NCBI GenBank assembly: GCA_965215675.1
Contig: OZ244112.1
Span: 2,994,352-3,058,351, forward strand
Reading direction: 5' to 3'
DNA: 64,000 bases
Source: Dehalococcoidia bacterium
GTDB taxonomy: Bacteria > Chloroflexota > Dehalococcoidia > Lucifugimonadales > UBA3495
The position numbers and the translations under genes are program-made. Positions 7,628 to 15,125 of this stretch are shown in pieces (position 1 is the first letter of the stretch; the number at the start of each line of letters is the position of its first letter). The notes below the pieces were generated by a model. That model had not been told where the DNA came from. It searched no databases and saw only the letters and a list, made by a program, of their open reading frames with translations.

Positions 7628-8257
7628 ATGTCAGAGCACGAAAGCTCCCGAGAAGCGTGGGTGGCGATCCCGACGGAGGAGGAGCACCGGGCCAACCTGC
7701 CGCAGGGAGCGCGGGCGGGCAACTATGACTTCGGCTACCTGCCCGCGATGGGACGGCTGCAGGCCAGACACCGGGAGATCGGGCCGCTGTTCGGAGCTCT
7801 GTACCGGCAGGTTATGTTCGGCCCCGGGGAACTGGACCGCCAGGAGCGGGAGATGGTGGCTGCCGTCGCCGCCGCGGCCCAGGACTGCCGGTATTGAACC
7901 GTGTCTCACGCAGAGTTTCTGCGTGCCGAGGACGGAGACCCGGCCATCGTGGAGGCGGTGACGCACCAGCGGTGGCGGGAACTGCCGACGCTGACGGCCC
8001 GCCAGATGGCGCTGTGCACGGTGTCGGAGAAGCTGAGCGCCACCCCGACGCGGATGGTTGAGGCCGACTGGCAGCCGCTGCGGGACCTGGGCTTTGACGA
8101 CGTGGCCCTGCTTGAGGTCGGGCACATCGTCGGCATCTTCAACTACCTCACCCGCTTGGCGGACGGCTTCGGCCTGCAGCTTGACCGGCGCACCATCGAG
8201 GCCTCGGAGACCGGGGTTGCACTGAGCCGCCCGGTCGAGCAGGCGGCGGGAGATTAG
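7628..8257 (+). CDS. AhpD/carboxymuconolactone-decarboxylase family peroxidase-related protein, putative selenoprotein (in-frame UGA at 7895-7897)
   Basis: Track ORFs 7628..7897 and 7901..8257 share one frame and are separated only by TGA+ACC. The joined sequence reads ..AAQDCRY-U-TVSHAEF.., i.e. C-x-x-U-x3-H at the family CxxC..H redox motif. SD AGGAGGGG precedes ATG 7628, and a SECIS-like hairpin follows the TGA. Confidence 0.7.
7903..7933 (+). promoter_or_regulatory. putative bacterial SECIS hairpin
   Basis: Upper stem is CACGCAG(A) 7907-7914 pairing with (T)CTGCGTG 7918-7925, and the apical loop contains G-U-U (7915-7917) about 18 nt after the UGA. Lower stem is GTCT 7903-7906 pairing with A(G)GAC 7929-7933. 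Confidence 0.6.
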
Positions 8258-8266
8258 GAGGCGACC

Positions 8267-8704
8267 GTGATCCAACTCACCGAAGAGATGAAGCGCCTGG
8301 TCAACAACGCACGGGAGGACGGATTCCCGAGCATCGTGGCCACGTCCTCTCAGGACGGGACTCCCAACGCGGGCTATATCGGCACGGTACTGGCGGTGGA
8401 CGACTCGACCTTCGTTTACCGGGACCGCACTCGGCGGCAGCCCCTGGAGCATATCGAGGAGAACTCCAAGGTTATCGTGCTGTTCCGCAACGCCGCCGTG
8501 GACGCGGGCTGGAAGTTCCGATGCACGGCCAGCGTGGAGCGGCAAGGGGAGATCTACGACGATATGACTCGTCGCCTGGCCAACTCGGGGCTTATCTCCG
8601 ACCCGGAGATGGAGGGCGCGGCCATTGTGGTGCTGCGGGTCGACCAGGTGCTGACACTGTTCGGCGAGGTGCTGCAGGAACGCGAGCCGGGGATGCGCTG
8701 GTAG
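8267..8704 (+). CDS. pyridoxamine 5'-phosphate oxidase family (FMN/F420-binding split-barrel) protein
   Basis: 145 aa with the pattern ..FPSIVATSSQDGTPNAGYIG..VYRDR..KVIVLFRN.. typical of small PNPOx-like split-barrel proteins. GTG start with a GGAGG SD. Confidence 0.65.
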   Translation: MIQLTEEMKRLVNNAREDGFPSIVATSSQDGTPNAGYIGTVLAVDDSTFVYRDRTRRQPLEHIEENSKVIVLFRNAAVDAGWKFRCTASVERQGEIYDDMTRRLANSGLISDPEMEGAAIVVLRVDQVLTLFGEVLQEREPGMRW

Positions 8705-8714
8705 GAGCGTCGCG

Positions 8715-8960
8715 CTAGCTGGCGATCTTGACGCGGTCGAACTGGTCCGGGTTGAGGTTGAAGGTGCGGCCCAAGCGCTCCCACCTGACGACCAGCCAGT
8801 GCAGGCCGGCGCCAGTGCGGCGGACGATGGTAACTTCGCCGATATCGCCGACCTGGATCATGTGGCTGGCGCCCTCCACCGGGGCGCCCATGTTGACCCT
8901 GACGGGCATCTCGACGAGGCACTCCAGCTTGGTTCCGGGCTCAAACGCTTCGCAACTCAT
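8715..8960 (-). CDS. hypothetical small protein (81 aa)
   Basis: ORF only, with no recognised motif. It sits downstream of the 40-bp tandem repeat. Confidence 0.4.
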   Translation of the reverse strand: MSCEAFEPGTKLECLVEMPVRVNMGAPVEGASHMIQVGDIGEVTIVRRTGAGLHWLVVRWERLGRTFNLNPDQFDRVKIAS

Positions 8961-8985
8961 TTCGTCTACACCCTGTTCCGCCTTC

Positions 8986-9105
8986 CTTGAAACAGGGTAC
9001 TCCTTCTAAAGCTACTGGCTACGATCTTGAAACAGGGGGCTCCTCCCAAAGCTACTGGCTACGACCTTGAAACAGGGAGCTCCTCCCAAAGCTTCTGTCT
9101 ACGAC
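8986..9105. repeat. 40-bp tandem repeat x3 (intergenic)
   Basis: CTTGAAACAGGGnnCTCCTnCnAAAGCTnCTGnCTACGAn at 8986-9025, 9026-9065 and 9066-9105. It lies between the start of 8715..8960 (-) and the stop of the LLM gene. Confidence 0.85.
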
Positions 9106-9132
9106 CATTAACGGGGACAGAGGGCGCTTCGG

Positions 9133-10176
9133 TCAGGCCAGGTTGGGGGCAACCTCTTCCATCATCAACCGCAGGCTGTTGGCCTGGTTTTCCAAGGGGA
9201 TGAGGTTGCCGAAGTTGATCTCGAACATCACTTGGTCAAGGCCGAGTTCTTCGCCCAGCGACTTGAGCTTCTCGGTGACCGCTTCAGGGGTACCGTAGGC
9301 CACCTTGTCGCGCACCCAGTCGTCGTAGGTCATCTGGCGGACCCGCTCTGCCTGCGCGCCCCAGTCTCCCAGGGTACCGGCCCGGCCGGCATAGCTGCCC
9401 ACCCGGTCAGAGAGGCGGCCCATTGAGAACAGGGCGCTATCCATCGGCTCAGTGTGGGCCTTGTGCGCGTCGTGGGACAGGTAGACGGGAATGCGGAGGC
9501 CGACCTTGCCCTCGCCCTCATGTCCGGCGGCCTTCCAAGCCTCGCGGTACTCCTGGATGGAGGGCTTCAGCTCAGCGAGAGTGAAGACCCGCGACGGGTT
9601 GATCAGGATGTTCAAACCCATTCGGCCGAGGATGGGGAAGCTCTCAGCAGAGGTAACACCCACACGGATGGGTGGATGCGGCTGCTGGTATGGCTTGGGG
9701 TTAACCGACATTTCGGGGAGAGTGAAGTGCTCGCCCTCGAAGGAAAAGGTGTCGGTGGTCCAGGCCTTCAGGATGATCTCGATGCTTTCCTCGAACCGGC
9801 CCCGGCTCTCCTCGAAGGGGACGCCGAAGCCCTCGTGGACGTTGGGGAAGGTGCCCCGGCCCACGCCGAACTCGACGCGGCCGTCGCTTATCTGGTCGAG
9901 AGTGGCGATCTCCTCGGCGACACGGATGGGATTGGCCAAGGGCAGCAGCAGCACGGCGGTGCCGACGCGGATGTTCCGGGTGCGGCCGGCGATGGCGCTG
10001 AGGATGGTTACCGGGCTGGCCAAGACCCGGGCGGGGTTGAAGTGATACTCGGCCATCCAGACAGAGGATACGCCCAAGTTCTCGGCCTGGTCCACCAAGG
10101 CAAAGGACTCCTTAAAGGCCTCGTTTTCCGTGGTGCCTTCCCGCACGGGGAATTCAAGGAACAGTCCCAGTTCCAT
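9133..10176 (-). CDS. LLM-class (luciferase-like) flavin- or F420-dependent oxidoreductase
   Basis: MELGLFLEFP..LGVSSVWMAEYHF.. is a typical LLM N-terminus. ATG at 10176 with a GGGAGA SD is preferred over 10221. Confidence 0.85.
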   Translation of the reverse strand: MELGLFLEFPVREGTTENEAFKESFALVDQAENLGVSSVWMAEYHFNPARVLASPVTILSAIAGRTRNIRVGTAVLLLPLANPIRVAEEIATLDQISDGRVEFGVGRGTFPNVHEGFGVPFEESRGRFEESIEIILKAWTTDTFSFEGEHFTLPEMSVNPKPYQQPHPPIRVGVTSAESFPILGRMGLNILINPSRVFTLAELKPSIQEYREAWKAAGHEGEGKVGLRIPVYLSHDAHKAHTEPMDSALFSMGRLSDRVGSYAGRAGTLGDWGAQAERVRQMTYDDWVRDKVAYGTPEAVTEKLKSLGEELGLDQVMFEINFGNLIPLENQANSLRLMMEEVAPNLA

Positions 10177-10377
10177 AGCAACATCTCCCAAAGACGGCCG
10201 GATATTGGGTTGATTGTACATGGTAGGGGACGTCCGTCAAGCGACGGCACAGGCAGGGCAGGGGCTTTTGGCTTTCCCCTCTCCCGCCCGCAGGTAGAGG
10301 TTTGCCGATGGTGCTGGCGCCCCTGATTCATGCTCCCCGTTTTCGCTGGGACAAGCCTACGGGGATGGCGGTCGGGT

Positions 10378-10432
10378 GCTGAAAATTTTGCTATCCCCGC
10401 TCATTTCCGAGCATTTCCACTCATTTCCGAGC
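10378..10432. repeat. AAAATTTT / phased T-tract module (copy A3, right-half type)
   Basis: AAAATTTT at 10382-10389 is followed by GCTATCCCCGCTCATTTCCGAGCATTTCCACTCATTTCCGAGC, with CATTT recurring every 10 bp. Confidence 0.55.
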
Positions 10433-10510
10433 GTTGAGTGGCGGCCCCGTGGTCCGGCAGGGTCGTGGTTCGACAGGCTCGCGGTTCGACAGGCCCACCG
10501 GGAGCGGGGA

Positions 10511-10870
10511 TCAGGCGGTGCCGGGGATATTCCGTTCCAGGTTGTTCAGCCAGGAACCATTGGCGGTCCAGGGTAAGAGGGTGGTGATGATGCCCCTTAT
10601 TCCGGGACGCCTATCGTCGTCGATGCACCGCTGGAGGTATTTCTCGAAGGCCATATAGGTATGAAGTCGGAAGCCGGCGTCGGCCACCTTGCGGACGCAG
10701 GAGTAGGGTTCGGGCTTGGGCTGCTTGTTGGCAATGGCGATGTGCCAGAGCTGGGTGATCTCATTGGCTACGCGGCTGAGCCGGATGATGGCGAGTTCGG
10801 GGGCAAATTTGCGCTTGAGGGCCTCGACGGCGTTCCTGATCTGGCGCAACGACATATGGCGCGATGACAT
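10511..10870 (-). CDS. hypothetical protein (119 aa)
   Basis: ORF with SD AGGAGG upstream of the ATG and no recognised domain. It is bracketed by repeat copies A3 and A4. Confidence 0.5.
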   Translation of the reverse strand: MSSRHMSLRQIRNAVEALKRKFAPELAIIRLSRVANEITQLWHIAIANKQPKPEPYSCVRKVADAGFRLHTYMAFEKYLQRCIDDDRRPGIRGIITTLLPWTANGSWLNNLERNIPGTA

Positions 10871-10890
10871 GGTTCAGCCTCCTGGTGGTT

Positions 10891-10953
10891 TCCGAAAATT
10901 TGGATAATCCCCTTATTTCCGATCAAAACCGAGCATTTCCGATCATTTTTGCC
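10891..10953. repeat. AAAATTT / phased T-tract module (copy A4, right-half type)
   Basis: AAAATTT at 10895-10901 is followed by GGATAATCCCCTTATTTCCGATCAAAACCGAGCATTTCCGATCATTTTT. It lies immediately upstream of the start of 10511..10870 (-). Confidence 0.55.
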
Positions 10954-10955
10954 TT

Positions 10956-11552
10956 TTGCCCCTGGGAGTTGCGCGAGACTCCGCGTTGGAATCCGGCCTG
11001 CGCGGTGGGTTGTATTTCTATGTATTCAGGCTAGAGATGTGTCATGAGGCTTGTAAAGGGGCAAGTGTCAGCAATTTTGGGGACGGGCTTGCTCGGAGGC
11101 TTGGGGCTGTGGATTCCGGCCCTGCGCCTGCTTTTGTGGGTGTGACGGGGGTTTGGATTCCCGCTTTCGCGGGAATGACGATTAGGGGGCGGGAGTGACG
11201 GATGGGCACTGGATTCCCGCTTCCGCTGGAATGACGATTGGAGGCGATGCGGGATGACGGATGGGCGCTGGTGGTGGTGCGGGTTTGAGACCCGCCTTTA
11301 CGTTTTGCAGGCGAGTCTGACGGTCTTGGGACCGCGGACTCCGGCCCTGCGCCTGCTTTTGTGGGGGGGACGGGGGGTTGGATTCCCGCTTTCGCGGGAA
11401 TGACGGAACAGGCGGGAATGACGGAGGGGCGGGAGAGCTACGGTTAGGGGCGGTGGTGACGATTGGGGGCGATATGGGGTCACGCAGATGGGGGTGAGGC
11501 GGGGTGGCGGATGGGCGCTGATAGTGACGCGAGTATGAAACCCGCCCCCACA
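10956..11552. repeat. Composite intergenic repeat array (ATTCCCGC-N-GCGGGAAT hairpins; two roughly 220-bp macro-repeats)
   Basis: Hairpins GGATTCCCGCTTTCGCGGGAATGAC at 11155-11179 and 11380-11404, and GGATTCCCGCTTCCGCTGGAATGAC at 11211-11235. Blocks about 11104-11300 and 11330-11552 both begin GGA(T/C)TCCGGCCCTGCGCCTGCTTTTGTGGG and both end ..GATGGGCGCTG..T(T/A)TGA(G/A)ACCCGCC. Confidence 0.8.
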
Positions 11553-12581
11553 TTACCTTTGGGGTTCGACGATTACCTTGAGAGAGTCTGAGGCGCCGGC
11601 GGTGAGCTTGAATCCAAGATCGGTCTCCGCGAGGGGCAGGTGGTGGGAGATCATGTCGCCGATCTGGACGCGGCCGGAGGCTATGAGATCGAGGGCGGTG
11701 GTCAGGTCGCCGGGCGCGGCGGCGTAGGTGGTGGTAAAAGTGGCCCCATTCCGGAAGAATACATCGTTGATGGACACGGGGATCTCGACGCCGGGCTCGG
11801 TGGGGGCGTAGAAAAGCACGGTGCCGTCGCGGTCCACCGACTCGATGGCCTGCAGCAGGGCGGGACGGGCACCGGTGGCTACGATGACGAGGTCGGCAAG
11901 GCGTCCGTCGTTGACCTCACGGAGCCGGTCGGGGGTGTACTGGTCGGCGCGGAGAGTCTCGTCGGCACCAAGGCGGCGGGCCGCTTCGAGGCGGAAGTCC
12001 GACAGGTCGGTGGAGACTATGCGACCGGCGCCGAGGGCGCGGGCCAAGTTTATGTGGAGCATACCGGCGAGGCCGCTGCCCAGCACCAGGACAGTCTGCC
12101 CCGGCTGGATGTTGGCGCGGCGCTGGCCCCGATAGACGCAGGCGAGGGGCTCGGCGACGGATGCTTCGTCGAAGGGGACGCCGTCGGGAATGGGGATGGC
12201 CCCGCGGTCGACGTTGATGGCGGGCAGGCGGACGTACTCGCAGAATCCGCCCGGATCGTAGCTGGTGGCGCGCAGGGTGTCGCAGACGGTATGGCTGCCG
12301 CTAAGACAGTAGCGGCAGGCGTTGCAGGGCACGTGGTGAGTCACGACGAGGCGGTCGCCCTCGCGAAACTGGCTGACGCCGGAGCCGACCTGGGCGACTG
12401 TACCAGCGACCTCGTGGCCCAGCACCGTTGGAGCGCGCTGAATGCGGTACCACTCCATGACGTCGCTGCCGCAGATGCCGCTGGCCTCGATCCTGAGCAG
12501 CAACTCGCCGGGGCCTACCTCGGGTATCGGCAACTCCTCGAGACGGACGTCGTTGTTGTTGTAGTACATCGCTGCGCGCAT
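11553..12581 (-). CDS. zinc-dependent alcohol dehydrogenase (MDR family; sorbitol/threonine dehydrogenase-like)
   Basis: ASGICGSDVMEW..GHEVAGTV zinc motif, structural-Zn Cys cluster CNACRYCLSGSHTVC, and GLAG Rossmann motif. Confidence 0.9.
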   Translation of the reverse strand: MRAAMYYNNNDVRLEELPIPEVGPGELLLRIEASGICGSDVMEWYRIQRAPTVLGHEVAGTVAQVGSGVSQFREGDRLVVTHHVPCNACRYCLSGSHTVCDTLRATSYDPGGFCEYVRLPAINVDRGAIPIPDGVPFDEASVAEPLACVYRGQRRANIQPGQTVLVLGSGLAGMLHINLARALGAGRIVSTDLSDFRLEAARRLGADETLRADQYTPDRLREVNDGRLADLVIVATGARPALLQAIESVDRDGTVLFYAPTEPGVEIPVSINDVFFRNGATFTTTYAAAPGDLTTALDLIASGRVQIGDMISHHLPLAETDLGFKLTAGASDSLKVIVEPQR

Positions 12582-12760
12582 GGTGGCCTGCCTGTTATTT
12601 CAATTGGGGAGCCAAGCGGATTCCGCAGAACCAGTGTCCGCGAATCCGTTGGCGGTGCGCTCGTCGAACCACTGTCCTTCGACTAACTCAGGACTAACGA
12701 ACAATCTCAAAGGGCATTCGGCGAGGCCCGTATGCGGAATAGACAAGGAACCGGGGGTTT

Positions 12761-12807
12761 GGATTCCCGCTTCCGCAGGAATGACGGAAAACTCGCGGGA
12801 ATGACGG
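12761..12807. repeat. ATTCCCGC..GCGGGAAT hairpin repeat plus half-site
   Basis: GGATTCCCGCTTCCGCAGGAATGAC (12761-12785) is followed by GCGGGAATGACGG (12795-12807). Same family as 11155-11404 and the core of the MITE-like copies. Confidence 0.75.
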
Positions 12808-12851
12808 GAGATTTACGGTCGGCTTTGAGATAGTTGCCAACGGGAATGAAT

Positions 12852-13670
12852 CTAGTCGGGGACGCCGACGAGTTCGCCTGACTCGGCACGGGCGGCGTCG
12901 TAGATATCCTGGGCTTCGGCGACGGTGCCGTTGCCGTGGACGATGTGGCGGAGGGCGCGGATCATGGGGACGGGGTGGGGGCTCTGCCAGATGTTGCGGC
13001 CGAGGTTGATGCCGATGGCACCGTTCTGCATGCCGTCGCGGACGAACTCCAGCACCTCGCGCTCCGTGTCGGCCCTGGGACCACCGGCCATCACCACCGG
13101 CACCGGACAACCCTCCACGACGCGATCGAAGCCGTCGGCGCACCAGTAGGTCTTGACGACCTTGGCGCCCATCTCGGCGCAGATGCGGCAGGCCATGGCG
13201 AGGTAGCGGGAGTCGCGCTGGTCCAGCTCGCGGCCCACGGCGGTGACCGCCATGACCGGGATGCCGTATCGCTCGCCCTCGTCGACCAGCTTGCCGAGAT
13301 TGAGGATGGACTGCTTCTGGTACTCGGAGCCGACGAAGACCGATATGCCGACGGCGGACACATTCAGGCGAACGGCGTCGTCCATGGACGTGGTGATGCC
13401 CTCGTCGGCGAGGTCGCCGGAGGTCATGCTGGTGCCGCCGGAGACGCGGAGGATCAGCGGCTTGGTGTCGGCGGGGTCAACGACGGAGCGGACCACGCCG
13501 CGGGTGGCAAAGAGCGCGTCGGCATAGGGCATGAGCGGGGCGATGGTCTCGCCGGGGCGCTCGAGATTGCGGGTGGGGCCCTGGAAGTAGCCGTGGTCGA
13601 CGGGGAGGAACATGCACTTCCCGTCGGATTGAATCAGCTGCGCCAAGCGGTTGGCCATTCCCCAGTCCAT
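12852..13670 (-). CDS. DhnA/LsrF-type class I aldolase family protein
   Basis: MDWGMANRLAQL..MFLPVDHGYFQGP resembles the LsrF/FbaB-archaeal-type aldolase N-terminus (LDWGMQSRLSRIF..AFDHGYFQGP in E. coli LsrF, from memory). Internal ATG at 13670 preferred. Confidence 0.75.
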   Translation of the reverse strand: MDWGMANRLAQLIQSDGKCMFLPVDHGYFQGPTRNLERPGETIAPLMPYADALFATRGVVRSVVDPADTKPLILRVSGGTSMTSGDLADEGITTSMDDAVRLNVSAVGISVFVGSEYQKQSILNLGKLVDEGERYGIPVMAVTAVGRELDQRDSRYLAMACRICAEMGAKVVKTYWCADGFDRVVEGCPVPVVMAGGPRADTEREVLEFVRDGMQNGAIGINLGRNIWQSPHPVPMIRALRHIVHGNGTVAEAQDIYDAARAESGELVGVPD

Positions 13671-13784
13671 GTGAGTCCTCCAGCGCCGTTGGGCGCGGTT
13701 TATTGCGAAATTATCGAGGGCCATTATCGCCGTTGAGGGTGCGGGTGGGCAAGGATATCCAGTCGTGCCTGGAATCTCCGTTGC

Positions 13785-14510
13785 CTAATGAACGAGCACA
13801 TCCTCTTCGGACCCGGTGTAGGCGCACTCGCCCATCCTGGGTGAGTTCACCACGGGAAGAAACATACCCTCGTGCGAAGGCGACTGCACAGTATGATGCC
13901 CGGAACATCCTTCGCAGTAAAAGAACCCGCCATCGCCCCAATAGCACTCAGTACAGAAATTGGCGGCAGGCGAGTCGCATTTGACACACGGGATCGCCGG
14001 GGCGTCGTTTCGTGCCAGCGACCGGATGCCCTTGCGGTCTACTGAGACATCACCCTGAGAGACCACCCGCAGATTCAGTTCGGTAGTGGAGCCGAAATCG
14101 TACTCGTGGGCAAACTTCATTCCCGGACGGAGAACCTGGACCAGGGAAACTTCCATGTCCCCATCATCAGGGTCGGCGAATTCTTCCATGTCCTCAAGGA
14201 AATGGGTTGTGCCGTCGATGACGAAAGAACTCAAATGCCCGCAGCACTCCAGCCAGGTGAGTCGGAGAAAGCTGTCCAGCGCCGCAAGCGGAGCATCGCC
14301 TGCGATCTCGAGGTGCAGCCAGTATTCCGGGCGATAGCGGCCCTCCACGGCAAGATGAAAGCCCTGCCTCATTCGCTTGGGGCGGCGGCCCGAGCCGGCC
14401 TCAGCGCCCCTGCTGTTTTCCCGGCACGACTGCAAGTGTCGAGCAATTCCGGCTTTGCTAAAAGACCTGTCGCACAAAAAGCATTTCCCGCGGTTTGCTA
14501 CCGTCGCCAT
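13785..14510 (-). CDS. pRiA4b ORF-3-like (plasmid/IS-passenger family) domain protein with N- and C-terminal Cys-rich zinc-finger-like segments
   Basis: The core F.L.V..R..PEYWLHLEI.....L..LD.FLR..WLECCGHLSSF...G......YDFGSTTEL matches the pRiA4b_ORF3 pattern. N-terminus has CFLCDRSFSKAGIARHLQSC (C-x2-C-x12-H-x3-C) and C-terminus has CVKCDSPAANFCTEC..FYCEGC. Confidence 0.65.
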   Translation of the reverse strand: MATVANRGKCFLCDRSFSKAGIARHLQSCRENSRGAEAGSGRRPKRMRQGFHLAVEGRYRPEYWLHLEIAGDAPLAALDSFLRLTWLECCGHLSSFVIDGTTHFLEDMEEFADPDDGDMEVSLVQVLRPGMKFAHEYDFGSTTELNLRVVSQGDVSVDRKGIRSLARNDAPAIPCVKCDSPAANFCTECYWGDGGFFYCEGCSGHHTVQSPSHEGMFLPVVNSPRMGECAYTGSEEDVLVH

Positions 14511-14745
14511 CGTCGCTCTCCCAAGTGACGCGATATTGCAGATATTATGTAAACAAACGGGTTAACAAGGCAACCGTCTTGTAGATTATTGTCGAAGGGA
14601 ACGCTTCGCCTGCTGGGGCGCTCGGCCCGTTTGACTGTCCCCTCCGATCACTGTGGTTGCGATTTGGCCACAGAACAATCAAAATCCACGAAACGCGCCG
14701 CACCATCCTCTTCGATGGTCAAACAATCGGATATGGAGGCGCAAA

Positions 14746-14946
14746 ATGGCGGAGATACTGGGACTTGGCGTGACACACTCGCCGTCGCTGATTGCGCCGG
14801 ACGAGCTGAAGAACTACTCATTGACGCGGGCTCTCAGGAACGAGCGGATTCCCAGCGATCAGAAAAACCCGGAGAAATCGCCCGAGGCGATTCGCAAGGA
14901 ATTGGGCGACGACGAGGGGTATTCGTCGGCGCTGTACCAGCGCTAG
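14746..14946 (+). pseudogene. N-terminal fragment (66 codons) of a LigB-like extradiol dioxygenase paralog
   Basis: MAEILGLGVTHSPSLIAPDELKNYSLTRALRNERIPSDQKNPEKSPEAIRKELGDDEGYSSALYQR-stop parallels residues 1-66 of 15604..16662, including the same GGAGGCGCAAA-ATG leader. Homology ends at the TAG. Confidence 0.75.
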
Positions 14947-15036
14947 GGCAAGAGGGCCTGGAAATGGAGTGATTCCGGCGCCTTGGGGTGAGCTTGACAG
15001 CGCCTCAATGTGCGCTTCCTTATAAGGAGCGGATGA

Positions 15037-15125
15037 AGCGGCACGGCAGAGTGGTCGAATGCGACGATCTGAAAAACCGTTTGACATCCCAACCCATACA
15101 AGTTCGAGTCCTGTCGCCGCCTCCA
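15037..15125 (+). tRNA. tRNA-like sequence (long-variable-arm body, GAA at the anticodon position, encoded CCA); probably degenerate
   Basis: Canonical T-arm ACAAG-TTCGAGT-CCTGT, then CGCCGCC-T-CCA. D-arm is GCA-GAGTGGTCGAA-TGC and the anticodon arm is ACGAT-CTGAAAA-ACCGT (one mismatch). The acceptor stem has A:C mismatches at 1:72 and 7:66, and the 17-nt variable region has no obvious stem. Confidence 0.4.

Noticed and set aside
6879-7961. Long (360 aa) plus-strand ORF overlapping the epimerase-family gene. Similar long shadow ORFs include 7631..8545 (-), 11640..12686 (+), 12936..13736 (+), 20052..20957 (-), 25647..26711 (-), 29420..30610 (-), 38667..39608 (+), 43803..44996 (-) and 61436..62524 (+).
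   Set aside because: They lie antisense or out of frame to genes with clear family motifs. Their translations are low-complexity and rich in Arg/Gly/Ala/Pro/His, with no recognisable domains. This is typical of shadow ORFs in high-G+C DNA.
7901-8257. Treating the second half of the AhpD-like gene as an independent 118-aa gene with a GTG start.
   Set aside because: It is in frame with the upstream ORF and has no SD. The domain would be cut in the middle of its redox motif. Readthrough of the TGA as Sec (or a Cys codon error) explains it better.
8986-9105. Possibility that the 40-bp x3 or 23-bp x3 tandem repeats are mini CRISPR arrays.
   Set aside because: The units are directly abutting with no unique spacers. 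No cas genes are in the window.
10378-10953. Integron gene-cassette/attC interpretation of the modules flanking the 119-aa ORF.
   Set aside because: The modules are direct A/T-tract repeats, not imperfect palindromes with RYYYAAC/GTTRRRY ends. No intI gene is present.
11182-11553. 123-aa minus-strand ORF (and 10956..11198 +, 12580..12804 +, 12694..13143 -) across the repeat arrays.
   Set aside because: The translations are Pro/Ser/Arg-rich strings (SFPRKRES, IPAFAGMT, AGLKPAP) generated by the hairpin repeats themselves. They are not credible proteins.
15037-15125. tRNA-Sec (selC) interpretation of the tRNA-like sequence, prompted by the nearby selenoprotein candidate, the long variable region and the extended acceptor pairing.
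   Set aside because: No UCA anticodon can be placed in any plausible anticodon loop (the loop reads CUGAAAA). The D-arm is a 3-bp Ser-like arm rather than the 6-bp Sec type.
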